DNA of 47,115 nucleotides from contig JBPCLO010000004.1 of assembly GCA_051003155.1 (NCBI GenBank), positions 1 to 47,115 on the forward strand, given 5' to 3'. The stretch is from Fimbriimonadales bacterium (lineage in GTDB: Bacteria > Armatimonadota > Fimbriimonadia > Fimbriimonadales > ATM1). A program made the translations under genes and the position numbers. Positions 29,171 through 39,223 of this stretch are shown here, in pieces; the first letter of the stretch is position 1, and each line of letters starts with the position of its first letter. The notes below the pieces were generated by a model. The model was not told the DNA's origin, made no database searches, and worked only from the letters and a program-made list of their open reading frames with translations.

Positions 29171-30656
29171 AGCGAATCTCGTCCTGGAGCGCGCGTGCGT
29201 TGGAGGCCATCCCGGTGTCACCGGCTGCATCCGCATAGCGGATCGCTTCTTGGGCGGTGATGTCGGCCTCCCTAAGCCAACCCCCGGCAAGGAACTCGCG
29301 GGCCAGCATGAGCGCCGTGCGCGCCGCTTCTTGAAGGGCCAGCGTTCGAGCTTGCAATGTCGGGGCGAGTCCTGTTGCCCGCTCGAAGCCCCTAAGAGCC
29401 TCCTGAAGTCCCATAACTCTTGCGCCGAGGTCGACCGTCGAAATCGACTGATTCCGCAAAACTGCGGCGTCATCCAAGAGTTGCTGGGTCTGCGCCAGGT
29501 CGTTCCGAATCCCCGCCTTCGATTCCGACGTCTCGCTCAACTCCACCATACCGAAGAACCCGAGCGCCACGAGGATCCCTCCGATGATGATCACCCCCAC
29601 TGTCCTGTGTATAAACTGCCACGTCGCGGGGGAGAATAGCGGTCTCCCGGGCGGCGGGGCGGTCCAACCGGGCGGAAACGGAATCGGAATGGAAATCGGA
29701 ATCGGCGGCTGGTTTTGGCCACCGAATGGTTGGCCGTATGGTTGGCCGTAGGCGGGCGGTGCCGAGGTGCCGGAGTAAGGGTAGGCGGTATTGGCAGGCG
29801 CGAACGTTGTAGGCTGGCTTACCGGAGCTGCGTCTTGCAAAGACTCCATGGCGTCTCGCAGTGCTTGAGCCATAACCTTTGCGTTAGTGTAACGCTGATC
29901 GGCTGCTTTGTCCAAGCTGCGGCGTAAAACTTGATTAATGGAATAGCTCGCGCTCACGGGGTCGACCGGCTCCAGGTGCATGATTGCATGCGAGATTGCG
30001 ACCACGCTATCACCCGAGAACGGCTTGTTGCCCGAAATCGCTTCGTACAGAAGGACGCCGCAGCCCCACACGTCCGTGCGCGCGTCGACGTCCCGGCCGA
30101 CGACCTGCTCTGGCGACATGTAGCTCGGAGTACCGAAGACTTGGCCGTCCACGGTAAGGGACGGCTCGAACATCAGCCTGGCGATGCCGAAGTCGGTGAT
30201 TTTTACACGTTTATCAGGTAGAAGCTGGATATTGTCGGGCTTGATATCGCGGTGGACGACACCCTTTTCGTGGGCGTATGCCAGGCCGCCGAGGACTTCC
30301 AGCACGATTCTTACCGCCTCGTCTTGGCCGAGGCTGCCGTCGACGTCGAGCTGCTGCCGGAGGGTCCGGCCATCGAGATACTCCATGGCGATATACGCGC
30401 GCCCGTTATCCTCGCCGACCTCGTAAATCGTCACGATGTTAGGGTGCGCCAACGAACCGGCGGCTTTCGCCTCTCTGCGAAAGCGTGCGAGACGTTCCTG
30501 CCTCTGTTTATCCGTCGCTCCACCTGGGACTGCCAGTTCCTTAAGAGCGACCCGCCGATTCATCGCCGGGTCGTAAGCCTCGTAAACGATGTCGTTGCTG
30601 CGGGCGATTTCGCGGATAATCTGATACTTGCCGAGCGTGCCGGCATTGGAACTCAT
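29157..30656 (-). CDS. Membrane Ser/Thr protein kinase (Hanks type)
   Basis: VALKEL, HPNIV, HRDIKPDN, DFGIAR, YMSPEQ; Pro-rich linker, TM helix and helical C-terminus. Confidence 0.95.
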   Translation of the reverse strand: MSSNAGTLGKYQIIREIARSNDIVYEAYDPAMNRRVALKELAVPGGATDKQRQERLARFRREAKAAGSLAHPNIVTIYEVGEDNGRAYIAMEYLDGRTLRQQLDVDGSLGQDEAVRIVLEVLGGLAYAHEKGVVHRDIKPDNIQLLPDKRVKITDFGIARLMFEPSLTVDGQVFGTPSYMSPEQVVGRDVDARTDVWGCGVLLYEAISGNKPFSGDSVVAISHAIMHLEPVDPVSASYSINQVLRRSLDKAADQRYTNAKVMAQALRDAMESLQDAAPVSQPTTFAPANTAYPYSGTSAPPAYGQPYGQPFGGQNQPPIPISIPIPFPPGWTAPPPGRPLFSPATWQFIHRTVGVIIIGGILVALGFFGMVELSETSESKAGIRNDLAQTQQLLDDAAVLRNQSISTVDLGARVMGLQEALRGFERATGLAPTLQARTLALQEAARTALMLAREFLAGGWLREADITAQEAIRYADAAGDTGMASNARALQDEIRFTIR

Positions 30657-30695
30657 GTGCAGTTCAAATTATACGTGCGGATTCGCCCGGCCATT

Positions 30696-31898
30696 TCAAG
30701 CCCCGATGATGCCGAGGGTCGACCCGCACTTCTTAAAGGCTGCAAGCGACCGGTCGAGATCGTCCTGCGTGTGGGCTGCGCTCGGCATCGTTCGAATGCG
30801 GGCTTTGCCCTTGGCGACCGTGGGGAAGCAGATTGAAAGAGCATAGACGCCCTCTTCCCATAGCATGGCCTCCATCTTCACCGCCCTCTCTTCTTCACCA
30901 CAATATACGGGCGTGATCGGCGTTTCACTCCCCATGGTGTCAAAGCCCAATGCAGTCAACTCCTTTTTCCACGACTGAGAATTATCCCATAGTTTTTTCA
31001 TCGGTTCTGGATCGGTTGTCATAATGTCGATGGCGGTAATTAATGCCGCTGCCGTGCATGGAGGGAGGGCAGTACTAAATAAGTACGGGCGACCACGATT
31101 GATCAAGTATTCCTTTAACGATTTCGAGCCAGCGATATATCCGCCAACGACGCCGAGGGCTTTGCTCAGCGTTCCGAGCTGAATATCAACGCGGCCGTAT
31201 AAATCGAAGTGCGAAGTCGTTCCCGCACCATTTTTGCCCAACACGCCGCTTGCGTGGGCATCGTCGACCATCACTAAAGAGTCATACTTCTCGGCTAACT
31301 CGACGATTTCCGCGAGGGGGGCGATGTCGCCATCCATACTGAAAACGCCGTCCGTAACAATCATTTTCTTTTTGAATTGCCCGGCCTTTCTAAGAATTTC
31401 CTCCAGATGGTTCATGTCTTTATGCGCATAGATCCATCCATCGGATTTTCGATATTCAGCAGCGCTCAAGCGCACGCCATCGATAATGCTGGCGTGATTT
31501 AATTCGTCGCTGATAATTACGTCCTCGCTTGTCATAACCGAAGGGATCGTGCCGCTATTGGCCGTAAAGCCAGACGTAAAAACAAGCGCTGCCTCGACCT
31601 TCTTGAATTCCGCGAGTTTTTCTTCCAGCTCGTCGTGGACCTCCATCGTCCCGCCGATCCAGCGGACCGCCCCTGCGCCGACACCCCACTTTTCGATCGC
31701 CTTGATCGCGGCCTCGCGCATGCGAGGATGATTGGCGAGCCCCAGGTAGTTATTGCTGGAAAGATTGACGACAGCCTTTCCATCCATGCGGACCGTCCCA
31801 CCGGCAGGCGACTCCAGAAGCCGTGGGTACTTGTAAAGATGCTGCGCCTTGAGGTCGGCGATCTGGCCGTCCAGCCAGGTCTGTAGGGTGGCGTTCAT
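30696..31898 (-). CDS. kbl: Glycine C-acetyltransferase / BioF-Kbl family PLP enzyme
   Basis: [43 protein letters not shown]. Confidence 0.85.
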   Translation of the reverse strand: MNATLQTWLDGQIADLKAQHLYKYPRLLESPAGGTVRMDGKAVVNLSSNNYLGLANHPRMREAAIKAIEKWGVGAGAVRWIGGTMEVHDELEEKLAEFKKVEAALVFTSGFTANSGTIPSVMTSEDVIISDELNHASIIDGVRLSAAEYRKSDGWIYAHKDMNHLEEILRKAGQFKKKMIVTDGVFSMDGDIAPLAEIVELAEKYDSLVMVDDAHASGVLGKNGAGTTSHFDLYGRVDIQLGTLSKALGVVGGYIAGSKSLKEYLINRGRPYLFSTALPPCTAAALITAIDIMTTDPEPMKKLWDNSQSWKKELTALGFDTMGSETPITPVYCGEEERAVKMEAMLWEEGVYALSICFPTVAKGKARIRTMPSAAHTQDDLDRSLAAFKKCGSTLGIIGA

Positions 31899-32027
31899 AA
31901 GCAGACCAGATTCTACCGGCCGATCCGAAGGCCGCGCCCTATTCGAAGGAACGCGGCCACCTGGCGGATGTTTCTGCGACGTCTCGCGATGACGCACGAC
32001 CTCCAGGGAAATGTAGCGTCCAATCCA

Positions 32028-32231
32028 TTAATTGGAAAGGATGAAGGTGACCTTCATGTTGACACGGTATTCGGTGATCTTTTCACCCTCAACCACCAGC
32101 GTCTGCTCCTGAACCCAGGCCCCCTGAACGCCTTGCACGGTCTTCACGGCGCGGGCGATTCCCTGCTTGATCGCGTCGTCGAAGCTTATGGATGACGCAG
32201 ACGTGATTTCGATTACCTTTGCAACGGACAT
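32028..32231 (-). CDS. Dodecin family protein
   Basis: MSVAKVIEITSASSISFDDAI...EYRVNMKVTF; RBS AAGGAG. Confidence 0.92.
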   Translation of the reverse strand: MSVAKVIEITSASSISFDDAIKQGIARAVKTVQGVQGAWVQEQTLVVEGEKITEYRVNMKVTFILSN

Positions 32232-32313
32232 GGCCTTTACTCTCCTTTTTGCGATTACAGATCGCACCTATGGACACAAGGTACCCCGCAGGCGTACACA
32301 ATGGGAAACAGCC

Positions 32314-33294
32314 ATGGCAAAGATTTATTGTGAGAACGACGTCGATCCTGACTTGATCAAAAGTCGCAAAGTCGGCGTGATCGGATACGGCTCCCAAGGC
32401 CATGCTCACGCGTTGAACTTGAAAGACAGCCGCGTCGACGTACGCGTTGGCCTTCACGAAACCAGCAAGAGCCGTGTAAAGGCAGAAGAGGATGGACTCG
32501 TCGTCATGGCCGTAGCCGAGCTAGCCGAGTGGGCGGACGTGCTGATGTTTTGCACTCCTGACTTGGCCATGCAGGAAATCTATACTCACCACGTGGAGGG
32601 CCAACTGCGACCGGGGCAAACGCTCCTCTTCGCGCACGGCTTCAACATCCATTTCGGCTTGATCCACCCGCCTGACAACGTGAACGTCGCTCTGGTAGCG
32701 CCGAACGGCGCGGGCCCGCTGCTTCGCGAAGCATTTCTCTCCGGCGGTGGCTTGCCGGCTGGGATTGCGGTAGCGCACGACTCAAGCGGGGATGCGCTGG
32801 CGATAGCTCTGTCCCACGCATGGGGAATCGGCTGCGCCAGGGCCGGCCTCTTGGAGACCACTTTCAAGGAGGAGACCGAAACGGACCTTTTCGGCGAGCA
32901 GGTAGTGCTCTGCGGTGGTATTCCGGAACTCATCAAGGCGGCCTTCGAAACACTAGTCAATGCAGGCTACCAGCCGGAAGCGGCCTATCTTGTATGCCTC
33001 CACGAAGTCAAACTCATCGTCGACCTACTGTTTGCAGGCGGACTCACTTTGATGCGCGATTCCATTTCGGATACAGCCGAATGGGGCGGCTACATGGCAG
33101 GCCCCCGAGTTATCAACCGGCAATCACGAGACGCGATGGTTGAGATACTTGCCGATATCCAAAGTGGCGAATTCACGAGATCTTGGATCGCCGAAAACGA
33201 TGCCGGCCGAGCAAAAATGGAGCCGCTTCGAGAGCGAGAGCGCCGCCATCCCATCGAAGAGGTCGGGACAAGGCTGCGCTCTATGATGCCTTAA
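32314..33294 (+). CDS. ilvC: Ketol-acid reductoisomerase (class I), divergent
   Basis: GYGSQGHAHA, FAHGFNIH, ETETDLFGEQ, ISDTAEWG, HPIEEVG. Confidence 0.9.
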   Translation: MAKIYCENDVDPDLIKSRKVGVIGYGSQGHAHALNLKDSRVDVRVGLHETSKSRVKAEEDGLVVMAVAELAEWADVLMFCTPDLAMQEIYTHHVEGQLRPGQTLLFAHGFNIHFGLIHPPDNVNVALVAPNGAGPLLREAFLSGGGLPAGIAVAHDSSGDALAIALSHAWGIGCARAGLLETTFKEETETDLFGEQVVLCGGIPELIKAAFETLVNAGYQPEAAYLVCLHEVKLIVDLLFAGGLTLMRDSISDTAEWGGYMAGPRVINRQSRDAMVEILADIQSGEFTRSWIAENDAGRAKMEPLRERERRHPIEEVGTRLRSMMP

Positions 33295-33402
33295 CGATGC
33301 CACGCTCGGAGTCTTCGTCGGCATCGGAGCGCCTCTTCTTCTGCTCACAACGTGAACTTCGTGTAATATGATACTGGAGCTACATGCTCCCAGGAGGCTG
33401 TC

Positions 33403-34095
33403 ATGACACTCAGAAAAGTTTGGATTTGCATATTGGTTTTGACGTGCTCCTCGTTAGCGTCCGCACAGGTCGGTCAAAGTGTGGACCCGGAGGGTGTGAA
33501 CAAGGCGCTCGACGCACAGGTTTCCCTGGGTGGTCGCGTTAGGTTGAATGACCTCCTGAAATTAATGGAAGACCGCCGAGTTGCCTACCTGGTTCCTGAT
33601 GTGGAGGCGATGCCGGAAATGTTCGTCATGATCAGCGCAGAAAACGTGCCGCTTCGCGATGTGATGAACGCTTTCGCCACCGTTTACGATTTCACGTGGG
33701 TTCAGCAAGGCTCGATTTACGTGCTGAAGACGGCTCCGCCTATGCATCCCGGCGGCATGCCGCCCGGATTCCCGGAGCCCGATGTTCCAATGCCCACACT
33801 CGCGCCGATGCCGGCGGGCGGAATCGTGGTGCCGGATACCACGGCGCCTGCTAACACGGTGATCATGCCGGCGGCACATCCGAAGACGATGATTACTTTG
33901 GCGACGAGAATGAGCCGTGGAAACGCCCTCGGGCAGACGCTAACGCAAAACCAATGGGCAATAATGAAGAGTAGGGGATTTCTCAAAACCTCAGACCTCA
34001 GCACTGTGCAGCGGCAGCTGATCGACGTTCGGCGTGGCGGAGGGGTCCAGTTTCAATACAACGGCAAGAAGGTCGTCGTTCGCGGAAACACGTAG
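33403..34095 (+). CDS. Secreted hypothetical protein with an STN-like N-terminal domain
   Basis: Signal peptide (ASA/Q); ISAENVPLRDVMNAFA...FTWVQQGSIYVL; Pro/Met-rich linker; RBS AGGAGG. Confidence 0.6.
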   Translation: MTLRKVWICILVLTCSSLASAQVGQSVDPEGVNKALDAQVSLGGRVRLNDLLKLMEDRRVAYLVPDVEAMPEMFVMISAENVPLRDVMNAFATVYDFTWVQQGSIYVLKTAPPMHPGGMPPGFPEPDVPMPTLAPMPAGGIVVPDTTAPANTVIMPAAHPKTMITLATRMSRGNALGQTLTQNQWAIMKSRGFLKTSDLSTVQRQLIDVRRGGGVQFQYNGKKVVVRGNT

Positions 34096-34203
34096 CCCGC
34101 CGGTACACCCAATCTCCCCCACCGCTCCGACGGTGAGGGCCTATCTGCTTTTAAAAACGGGCCGGAGGAATCCAGCCCGTCTACTCTCTCCCTTTGGCAG
34201 TAA

Positions 34204-34779
34204 CTATTTCTTGGCTTCTAGCTTGACCAGCTTCTTCTCGCTGTCGAGTTTTTCGGGGTCGTAGCCGGCTTTCTTCAGAGCTGCGTCAGACTTCTTCTTT
34301 GCTTCCATCATGGTATTGGTGAAATCCATGGTGGCTTTTTGAACGCTCTCCACGTCGCCCTTCTCCATTGCGGCAATGAGTTTGTCCATGACTTTCATTT
34401 CAGCCTCGGCGTCCTTAGCCTTCAACGCATGGAACTCCTTCAGCTCGGCCGGTGGATTGAGATTTACCAATTCCGCAGTAATGGCGTCCATCTCGGGTTT
34501 GTATTTCCTCATAATCGCGCCCATCTTAGGAAGTGCAGTCTTCATCGCGGCCATATCCGCAGGGTTCGTGCCCTTCGTAGCCTCTAGCCCTTCTGTCTGC
34601 ACTTTCACCTGCATGGCCTGCGCCTTTTCCATGCCGCCCTTAATTTTCGCCTCATACTCGACAACGGTAAGCGGCGGTGAGTCTACCACCGCGGTCCCCT
34701 TCGTTCCACCCGAGCACCCAATCAAAGCAACTGACGCAAGGCCACACGATGCCAAATAACCAATCGAAAGCTTTCGCAT
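34204..34779 (-). CDS. Alpha-helical lipoprotein, hypothetical
   Basis: Lipobox LIGC; Lys/Ala/Met-rich helical body. Confidence 0.75.
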   Translation of the reverse strand: MRKLSIGYLASCGLASVALIGCSGGTKGTAVVDSPPLTVVEYEAKIKGGMEKAQAMQVKVQTEGLEATKGTNPADMAAMKTALPKMGAIMRKYKPEMDAITAELVNLNPPAELKEFHALKAKDAEAEMKVMDKLIAAMEKGDVESVQKATMDFTNTMMEAKKKSDAALKKAGYDPEKLDSEKKLVKLEAKK

Positions 34780-34823
34780 GCGCGGATACTACCTGCATCA
34801 CGTCATTCGCCATACTGTCCGGA

Positions 34824-35828
34824 ATGCTGAGAACTGCCATCGTTGGGTGCGGCTTTATGGGTCGGATGCATGCCAATGTCTATTCCACGCTCGATAACGC
34901 CCGACTCACCGCGGTAGCCGATCATCGGCCCGAGATCCTTGACCGCTTTGCGGAGGACTTCGGAGCGTCAAAATATGCCAGCCTCGAGAACCTTCTCCAA
35001 AATGAAGAAGTAGACGCCATCGACGTGTGTTTGCCAACGCATCTTCACAATGTGGCCACCACCATGGCGGCACGCGCCGGCAAGCACGTCTTCTGCGAAA
35101 AGCCGATGGCGCTGACTCTGGATGAAGCCGACGAAATGATCGCGGAATGCGAAAGTACAGGCGTACGCCTCATGATCGGGCACTGCATCCGCTTCTGGCC
35201 CGAATATGCGCACCTCAAGAAGATCACCTGCGAAAACAGGCTTGGCAAGCTGCTGTCGATTAATCTGACGCGATACGGCGAGTTCCCGTTTTGGTCGAGC
35301 GACAATTGGCTGGCCGATGAAGGAAAGTCCGGCGGTGGCGCGCTCGACATGCACATTCACGATACCGACTTCGCCCTCTACTTGCTTGGCGAACCAAAGG
35401 AGATGGTTTCCTTCGGCTCGGTCGATACCCGCGGCGTGGGGCAGATATTTACGACGATGGATTACGGTGACACTGTCGCTCACCTCGAGGGCGGATGGAA
35501 CCTGCCCGCCAAAACCCCATTTCGCATGGCGTTTCGCGCGATTTTCGAGCGTGGCGCCGCGATCATGGAGGGCGGACCGATGACGATCTACGAGGAGGGC
35601 AAGGAACCCGTCCAGCCGGAAATCACTATGATGAAGGCGGCGGGCGGCGGCAACATCTCCGATCTGGGCGGCTACTACCATGAACTGAAGTACTTCGCGG
35701 ACTGCATCGAGAGCGACGCCCCGTTCGTGGTCAGCACGCCCCAGAGTTCGCGACAATCGCTCGCCACAGCGCTCGAAGAGATTCGGCAAGTTAGAGAGCG
35801 AAAGCTGACTTCACCCCTCAGAGGGTGA
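34824..35828 (+). CDS. Gfo/Idh/MocA family oxidoreductase
   Basis: AIVGCGFMGRMH, GKHVFCEKPMA, SGGGALDMHIHD. Confidence 0.93.
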   Translation: MLRTAIVGCGFMGRMHANVYSTLDNARLTAVADHRPEILDRFAEDFGASKYASLENLLQNEEVDAIDVCLPTHLHNVATTMAARAGKHVFCEKPMALTLDEADEMIAECESTGVRLMIGHCIRFWPEYAHLKKITCENRLGKLLSINLTRYGEFPFWSSDNWLADEGKSGGGALDMHIHDTDFALYLLGEPKEMVSFGSVDTRGVGQIFTTMDYGDTVAHLEGGWNLPAKTPFRMAFRAIFERGAAIMEGGPMTIYEEGKEPVQPEITMMKAAGGGNISDLGGYYHELKYFADCIESDAPFVVSTPQSSRQSLATALEEIRQVRERKLTSPLRG

Positions 35829-35902
35829 AGATGATCCTCCGCAGCTCAACGGGATCCTCATCTGCGGAGGGATGAGGACAGCGGAAGAGAGGGGCAGCCA
35901 CA

Positions 35903-35926
35903 AGCGCCGGCCCGAGGGCCGGCGCT
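35903..35926. terminator. Perfect inverted repeat between convergent genes
   Basis: AGCGCCGGCCC-ga-GGGCCGGCGCT. Confidence 0.6.
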
Positions 35927-35958
35927 CTAGGTTTGAGGAGGGTGGAGAGATAAAAGGC

Positions 35959-37188
35959 TTATCTTCGGACAATCGTTGGAAGCGTGAAGATCGGCATATA
36001 TAGCGCCAAGAGGACAAACAGTACGATAGCGCCGACCAGGACGGTCATAATGGGCTCCATTAGGCGTGTCAGCTTCTTCACTTGGTAGTCGATGTCTCGA
36101 CGATAGAATCTGGCCAACTCTTCGAGCATGAGATCGAGGTCGCCTGAAGATTCACCGGCGGCAATCATCCGTGTTACCATCGGTGGGAACTGGCCGGTCG
36201 CGGCGAGCGGATCGGCGAGCGTCGCGCCTTCCTTCACGAAGGTTGCGACCTGTGCCACGGAGTCGCGAATGACTACGTTACCGCTGGTGTTCGCAGAAAT
36301 CTGGAGGGCCTGAAGGATGGGCATACCGCCCTTAGTGGCGCCGGCCCAGGTCTGAGCGAATCGAGCGATCGAGATCTTGCGGATAAGCTTCCCAAGGAGC
36401 GGCAGCTTGAGTTTCAACTCATCGTACTTGCGCTGGCCACCTTCGGTACTAATATATTTCTTTATAACAAGGGAGAGCACGATAACCGTGAGGAACACGA
36501 TCCACACTCGATGCAAAATGAGGTCGCTCAGCGCAATGAGCATTCTGGTTATGGCAGGCAGTTCGGCTCTGAACTGTTGGTAGACCTTTGCGAAGGCCGG
36601 CACCACAAAAACGAGCATGAACGCCACCACTCCGACGGCGGCCACGACGACCACTATCGGATAAGTCATCGCCGATCTGATCTGTTCGCGCAACTCGGCC
36701 TCTTGGTCGAACTGTGTCGCCGCGAGTTCTAGTGTCTGGTCCAGCGTTCCCGCGGCTTCCCCGGCCTCGACGAGCGACACATAAATCTCGTTGAACACCT
36801 TCGGATGCTTGCGCATCGATCCGCCGAGTGAAGAGCCGGTCAGGACGTCGAGACGAACCATGTTGAGGGCCTCGACCAGCGTCGAGTTCTCGGTTTGAGC
36901 CGCCACCGCCGACAGGGCCTCGATGATCGTAAGGCCGGAGCGAACGAGCGTCGCGAGTTGCCGGCTCATGACGACCATATCGCCGAGCTTCACCTTCCTC
37001 ATGCCGAAAAGGCCGCCGCCCGTCACTTGCGTGGCATCGGTCAGCTTGCCTCGGCGAAGCTCGGACTTCGTCAAGAAAAGGTCTTTGTTTCGAAGAACCT
37101 CCCTCAGTTCGACGGCGTCTTCTGCTGCGAGCAAGCCGCTCTGCAGGTTTCCTTCACGATCTCTTGCTGAGTATTGAAATGTAGGCAT
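35959..37188 (-). CDS. pilC: Type IV pilus / T2SS platform protein (PilC/GspF)
   Basis: MPTFQYSARD, RQLATLVRSG, AMTYP, FPPMVTRMIAAGESSG, LYMPIF. Confidence 0.93.
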   Translation of the reverse strand: MPTFQYSARDREGNLQSGLLAAEDAVELREVLRNKDLFLTKSELRRGKLTDATQVTGGGLFGMRKVKLGDMVVMSRQLATLVRSGLTIIEALSAVAAQTENSTLVEALNMVRLDVLTGSSLGGSMRKHPKVFNEIYVSLVEAGEAAGTLDQTLELAATQFDQEAELREQIRSAMTYPIVVVVAAVGVVAFMLVFVVPAFAKVYQQFRAELPAITRMLIALSDLILHRVWIVFLTVIVLSLVIKKYISTEGGQRKYDELKLKLPLLGKLIRKISIARFAQTWAGATKGGMPILQALQISANTSGNVVIRDSVAQVATFVKEGATLADPLAATGQFPPMVTRMIAAGESSGDLDLMLEELARFYRRDIDYQVKKLTRLMEPIMTVLVGAIVLFVLLALYMPIFTLPTIVRR

Positions 37189-37190
37189 AG

Positions 37191-38894
37191 TTAGTCTTCC
37201 GCAAAAAGGACTCTGATTACTTCCTCTGGTGTGGTGATTCCGTTGATTACTTTCTGTCGGCCGGTGTCGCGCATGGTCTTCATTCCCTCCGTGACAGCTT
37301 CAGTCTTGATGTCGTTAGCCGACTTTCTCGCGAGAACCATATCCCGCAGGGTGTCGGTCATGGCCATGATTTCATAGGTGCCCGTCCGCCCCTTCATGCC
37401 GCGGTTGCCACATCGGCTGCATCCCTTCCCACGGCTTACACACTCATCACCCAGGTCGAGCGCTTCTTTTACGTCACGGGTTGGAGGCACGGTCTCGCGG
37501 CAACCCGGACAAATCGTCCTTACCAGCCGCTGGCCGACTACGCCGAGCACAGCAGAACTGACCAAGAACGGCTCGACGCCCATGTTCTGCAGCCGGACAA
37601 GCGCCCCTGGCGCATCGTTGGTATGAAGCGTACTGAGCACAAGGTGTCCGGTAAGGGCGGCTTGTATGGCGATCTCCGCTGTTTCGTAGTCTCGGATCTC
37701 GCCGACCATAATCACATCCGGGTCTTGGCGGACGAGTGTCCGGAGCCCGGTCGAGAACGTAACGCCAATCTTGGGGCTCACCTGAACCTGATTGACGCCT
37801 TCGAGGTGGTACTCCACCGGATCCTCGATAGTGTTGATGTTCAGCGTGGTGCTATTGATCAGGTTGAGAGCAGCGTAAAGCGTAGTCGACTTTCCTGAGC
37901 CGGTCGGTCCTGTAACCAACACAATCCCGTGCTGACGGCGCACGAGCTTCTCGAACGCGATCCGTTGGTCCGTGAACAGACCGAGGTTATCCAATGACGC
38001 CAGCGAGTTCGATTTTTCGAGCACGCGCATAACGATCTTCTCGCCGAAGATCGCCGGCATGGCGCTTACGCGAAAGTCGTACTCGCGGTCGTATTCGTCG
38101 CGAGTCGTGAACCTGCCGTCCTGGGGCCTTCGCCTCTCCGCGATGTTCATCCTACAGATGATCTTTATGCGAGACACGACCGCGGCAAGATGGGCGAGCG
38201 GAAACGTCATCTGATCGAAGAGCAGTCCGTCGAGCCTATAGCGAACCCTAACATTTTCCTCTTGCGGTTCGATGTGAATATCGCTCGCGGAACTCGAAAT
38301 CGCCCCTTGGATGATGCTACTCACTACCCGGACGATGGGCGCATCTTCCGCGAGCCCGACAAGATCGTCTACCGAGAGCTCAGCACTGATCGACTGCAGT
38401 TCCGGTATGTCCCGCAGGGCGGAGGCGGCTTTGTGCCGCACGTCGTATGTCCGGTTGATGGCCTCGATGAGGTCAGCCGAGAAAGCGAGGAATGGCTTGA
38501 CAGGTTTTCCTAAGCTGGCCTTAAGATCGTCGACGGTGGCGAGGTTCAGAGGGTCGGCCATCGCCACGCAGACAAAGTTGTCTTCTATTGCGAAGGGCAA
38601 AATCATCTTTCGCCGAGCAATGCGTTCGGTGACAGCGCGTGCCACTGAAAAGTCGATATCGTGGCCGGTGAGCTCTACGAAGGGGAAGCCCATTCGCGCT
38701 TCAAGATATTCCCCCAATAACCTGGGCTGAACGTGGCCCAATTCCACCAACGTCTCTCCAAGGAATTGGCCGGTTTGCTCTTGCCGCTCTAGGGCCTGGT
38801 TCAGCTGGGCTTCCTCGATGAGGCCATCCGAGAGCAACGCGGCGCCGAATGGCCCCCCGTTGGTCGGAAGCTTTGTCAAAACCTCACCGTACAT
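37191..38894 (-). CDS. pilB: Type IV pilus / T2SS assembly ATPase (PilB/GspE), copy 2
   Basis: ASDIHIEP, GPTGSGKSTT, TIEDPVEY, RQDPDVIMVGEIRD and a tetracysteine site. Confidence 0.93.
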   Translation of the reverse strand: MYGEVLTKLPTNGGPFGAALLSDGLIEEAQLNQALERQEQTGQFLGETLVELGHVQPRLLGEYLEARMGFPFVELTGHDIDFSVARAVTERIARRKMILPFAIEDNFVCVAMADPLNLATVDDLKASLGKPVKPFLAFSADLIEAINRTYDVRHKAASALRDIPELQSISAELSVDDLVGLAEDAPIVRVVSSIIQGAISSSASDIHIEPQEENVRVRYRLDGLLFDQMTFPLAHLAAVVSRIKIICRMNIAERRRPQDGRFTTRDEYDREYDFRVSAMPAIFGEKIVMRVLEKSNSLASLDNLGLFTDQRIAFEKLVRRQHGIVLVTGPTGSGKSTTLYAALNLINSTTLNINTIEDPVEYHLEGVNQVQVSPKIGVTFSTGLRTLVRQDPDVIMVGEIRDYETAEIAIQAALTGHLVLSTLHTNDAPGALVRLQNMGVEPFLVSSAVLGVVGQRLVRTICPGCRETVPPTRDVKEALDLGDECVSRGKGCSRCGNRGMKGRTGTYEIMAMTDTLRDMVLARKSANDIKTEAVTEGMKTMRDTGRQKVINGITTPEEVIRVLFAED

Positions 38895-39223
38895 GCGTTG
38901 TGTCGAGCGTCGTGCGCCCTGCCCTCCACAATGTCAAAATGTCGGCCGTCGATCCGTTTGGCTGTTGGAGGATGTTTAGCTACTCTCAACATTGTAAAGT
39001 AATTCTAACAGCATTTGGCTCATTCGATCGGGTGATTCCGCAGAAGACTTGTCGGTGGCTGGCTGTCCGGCCGTCATAAAACCCCACACGCCACATTCTA
39101 ACTGTTTGTTGGGGGGTAAGTGGGTTGCAGGCCCGATTGCGGCCACCGCAGCGGTCCCCCCTGGCCCTTGGCCGCACAAGCGCTGCAACCCGTTTTAAAG
39201 CAGTATCACCGCGCTCACAGTGA

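Noticed and set aside
39055..39085. TATGACGGCCGG resembling the 3' half of a c-di-GMP-I riboswitch upstream of pilB2
   Set aside because: No GGCAAA...GAAA...GCAAA 5' half found
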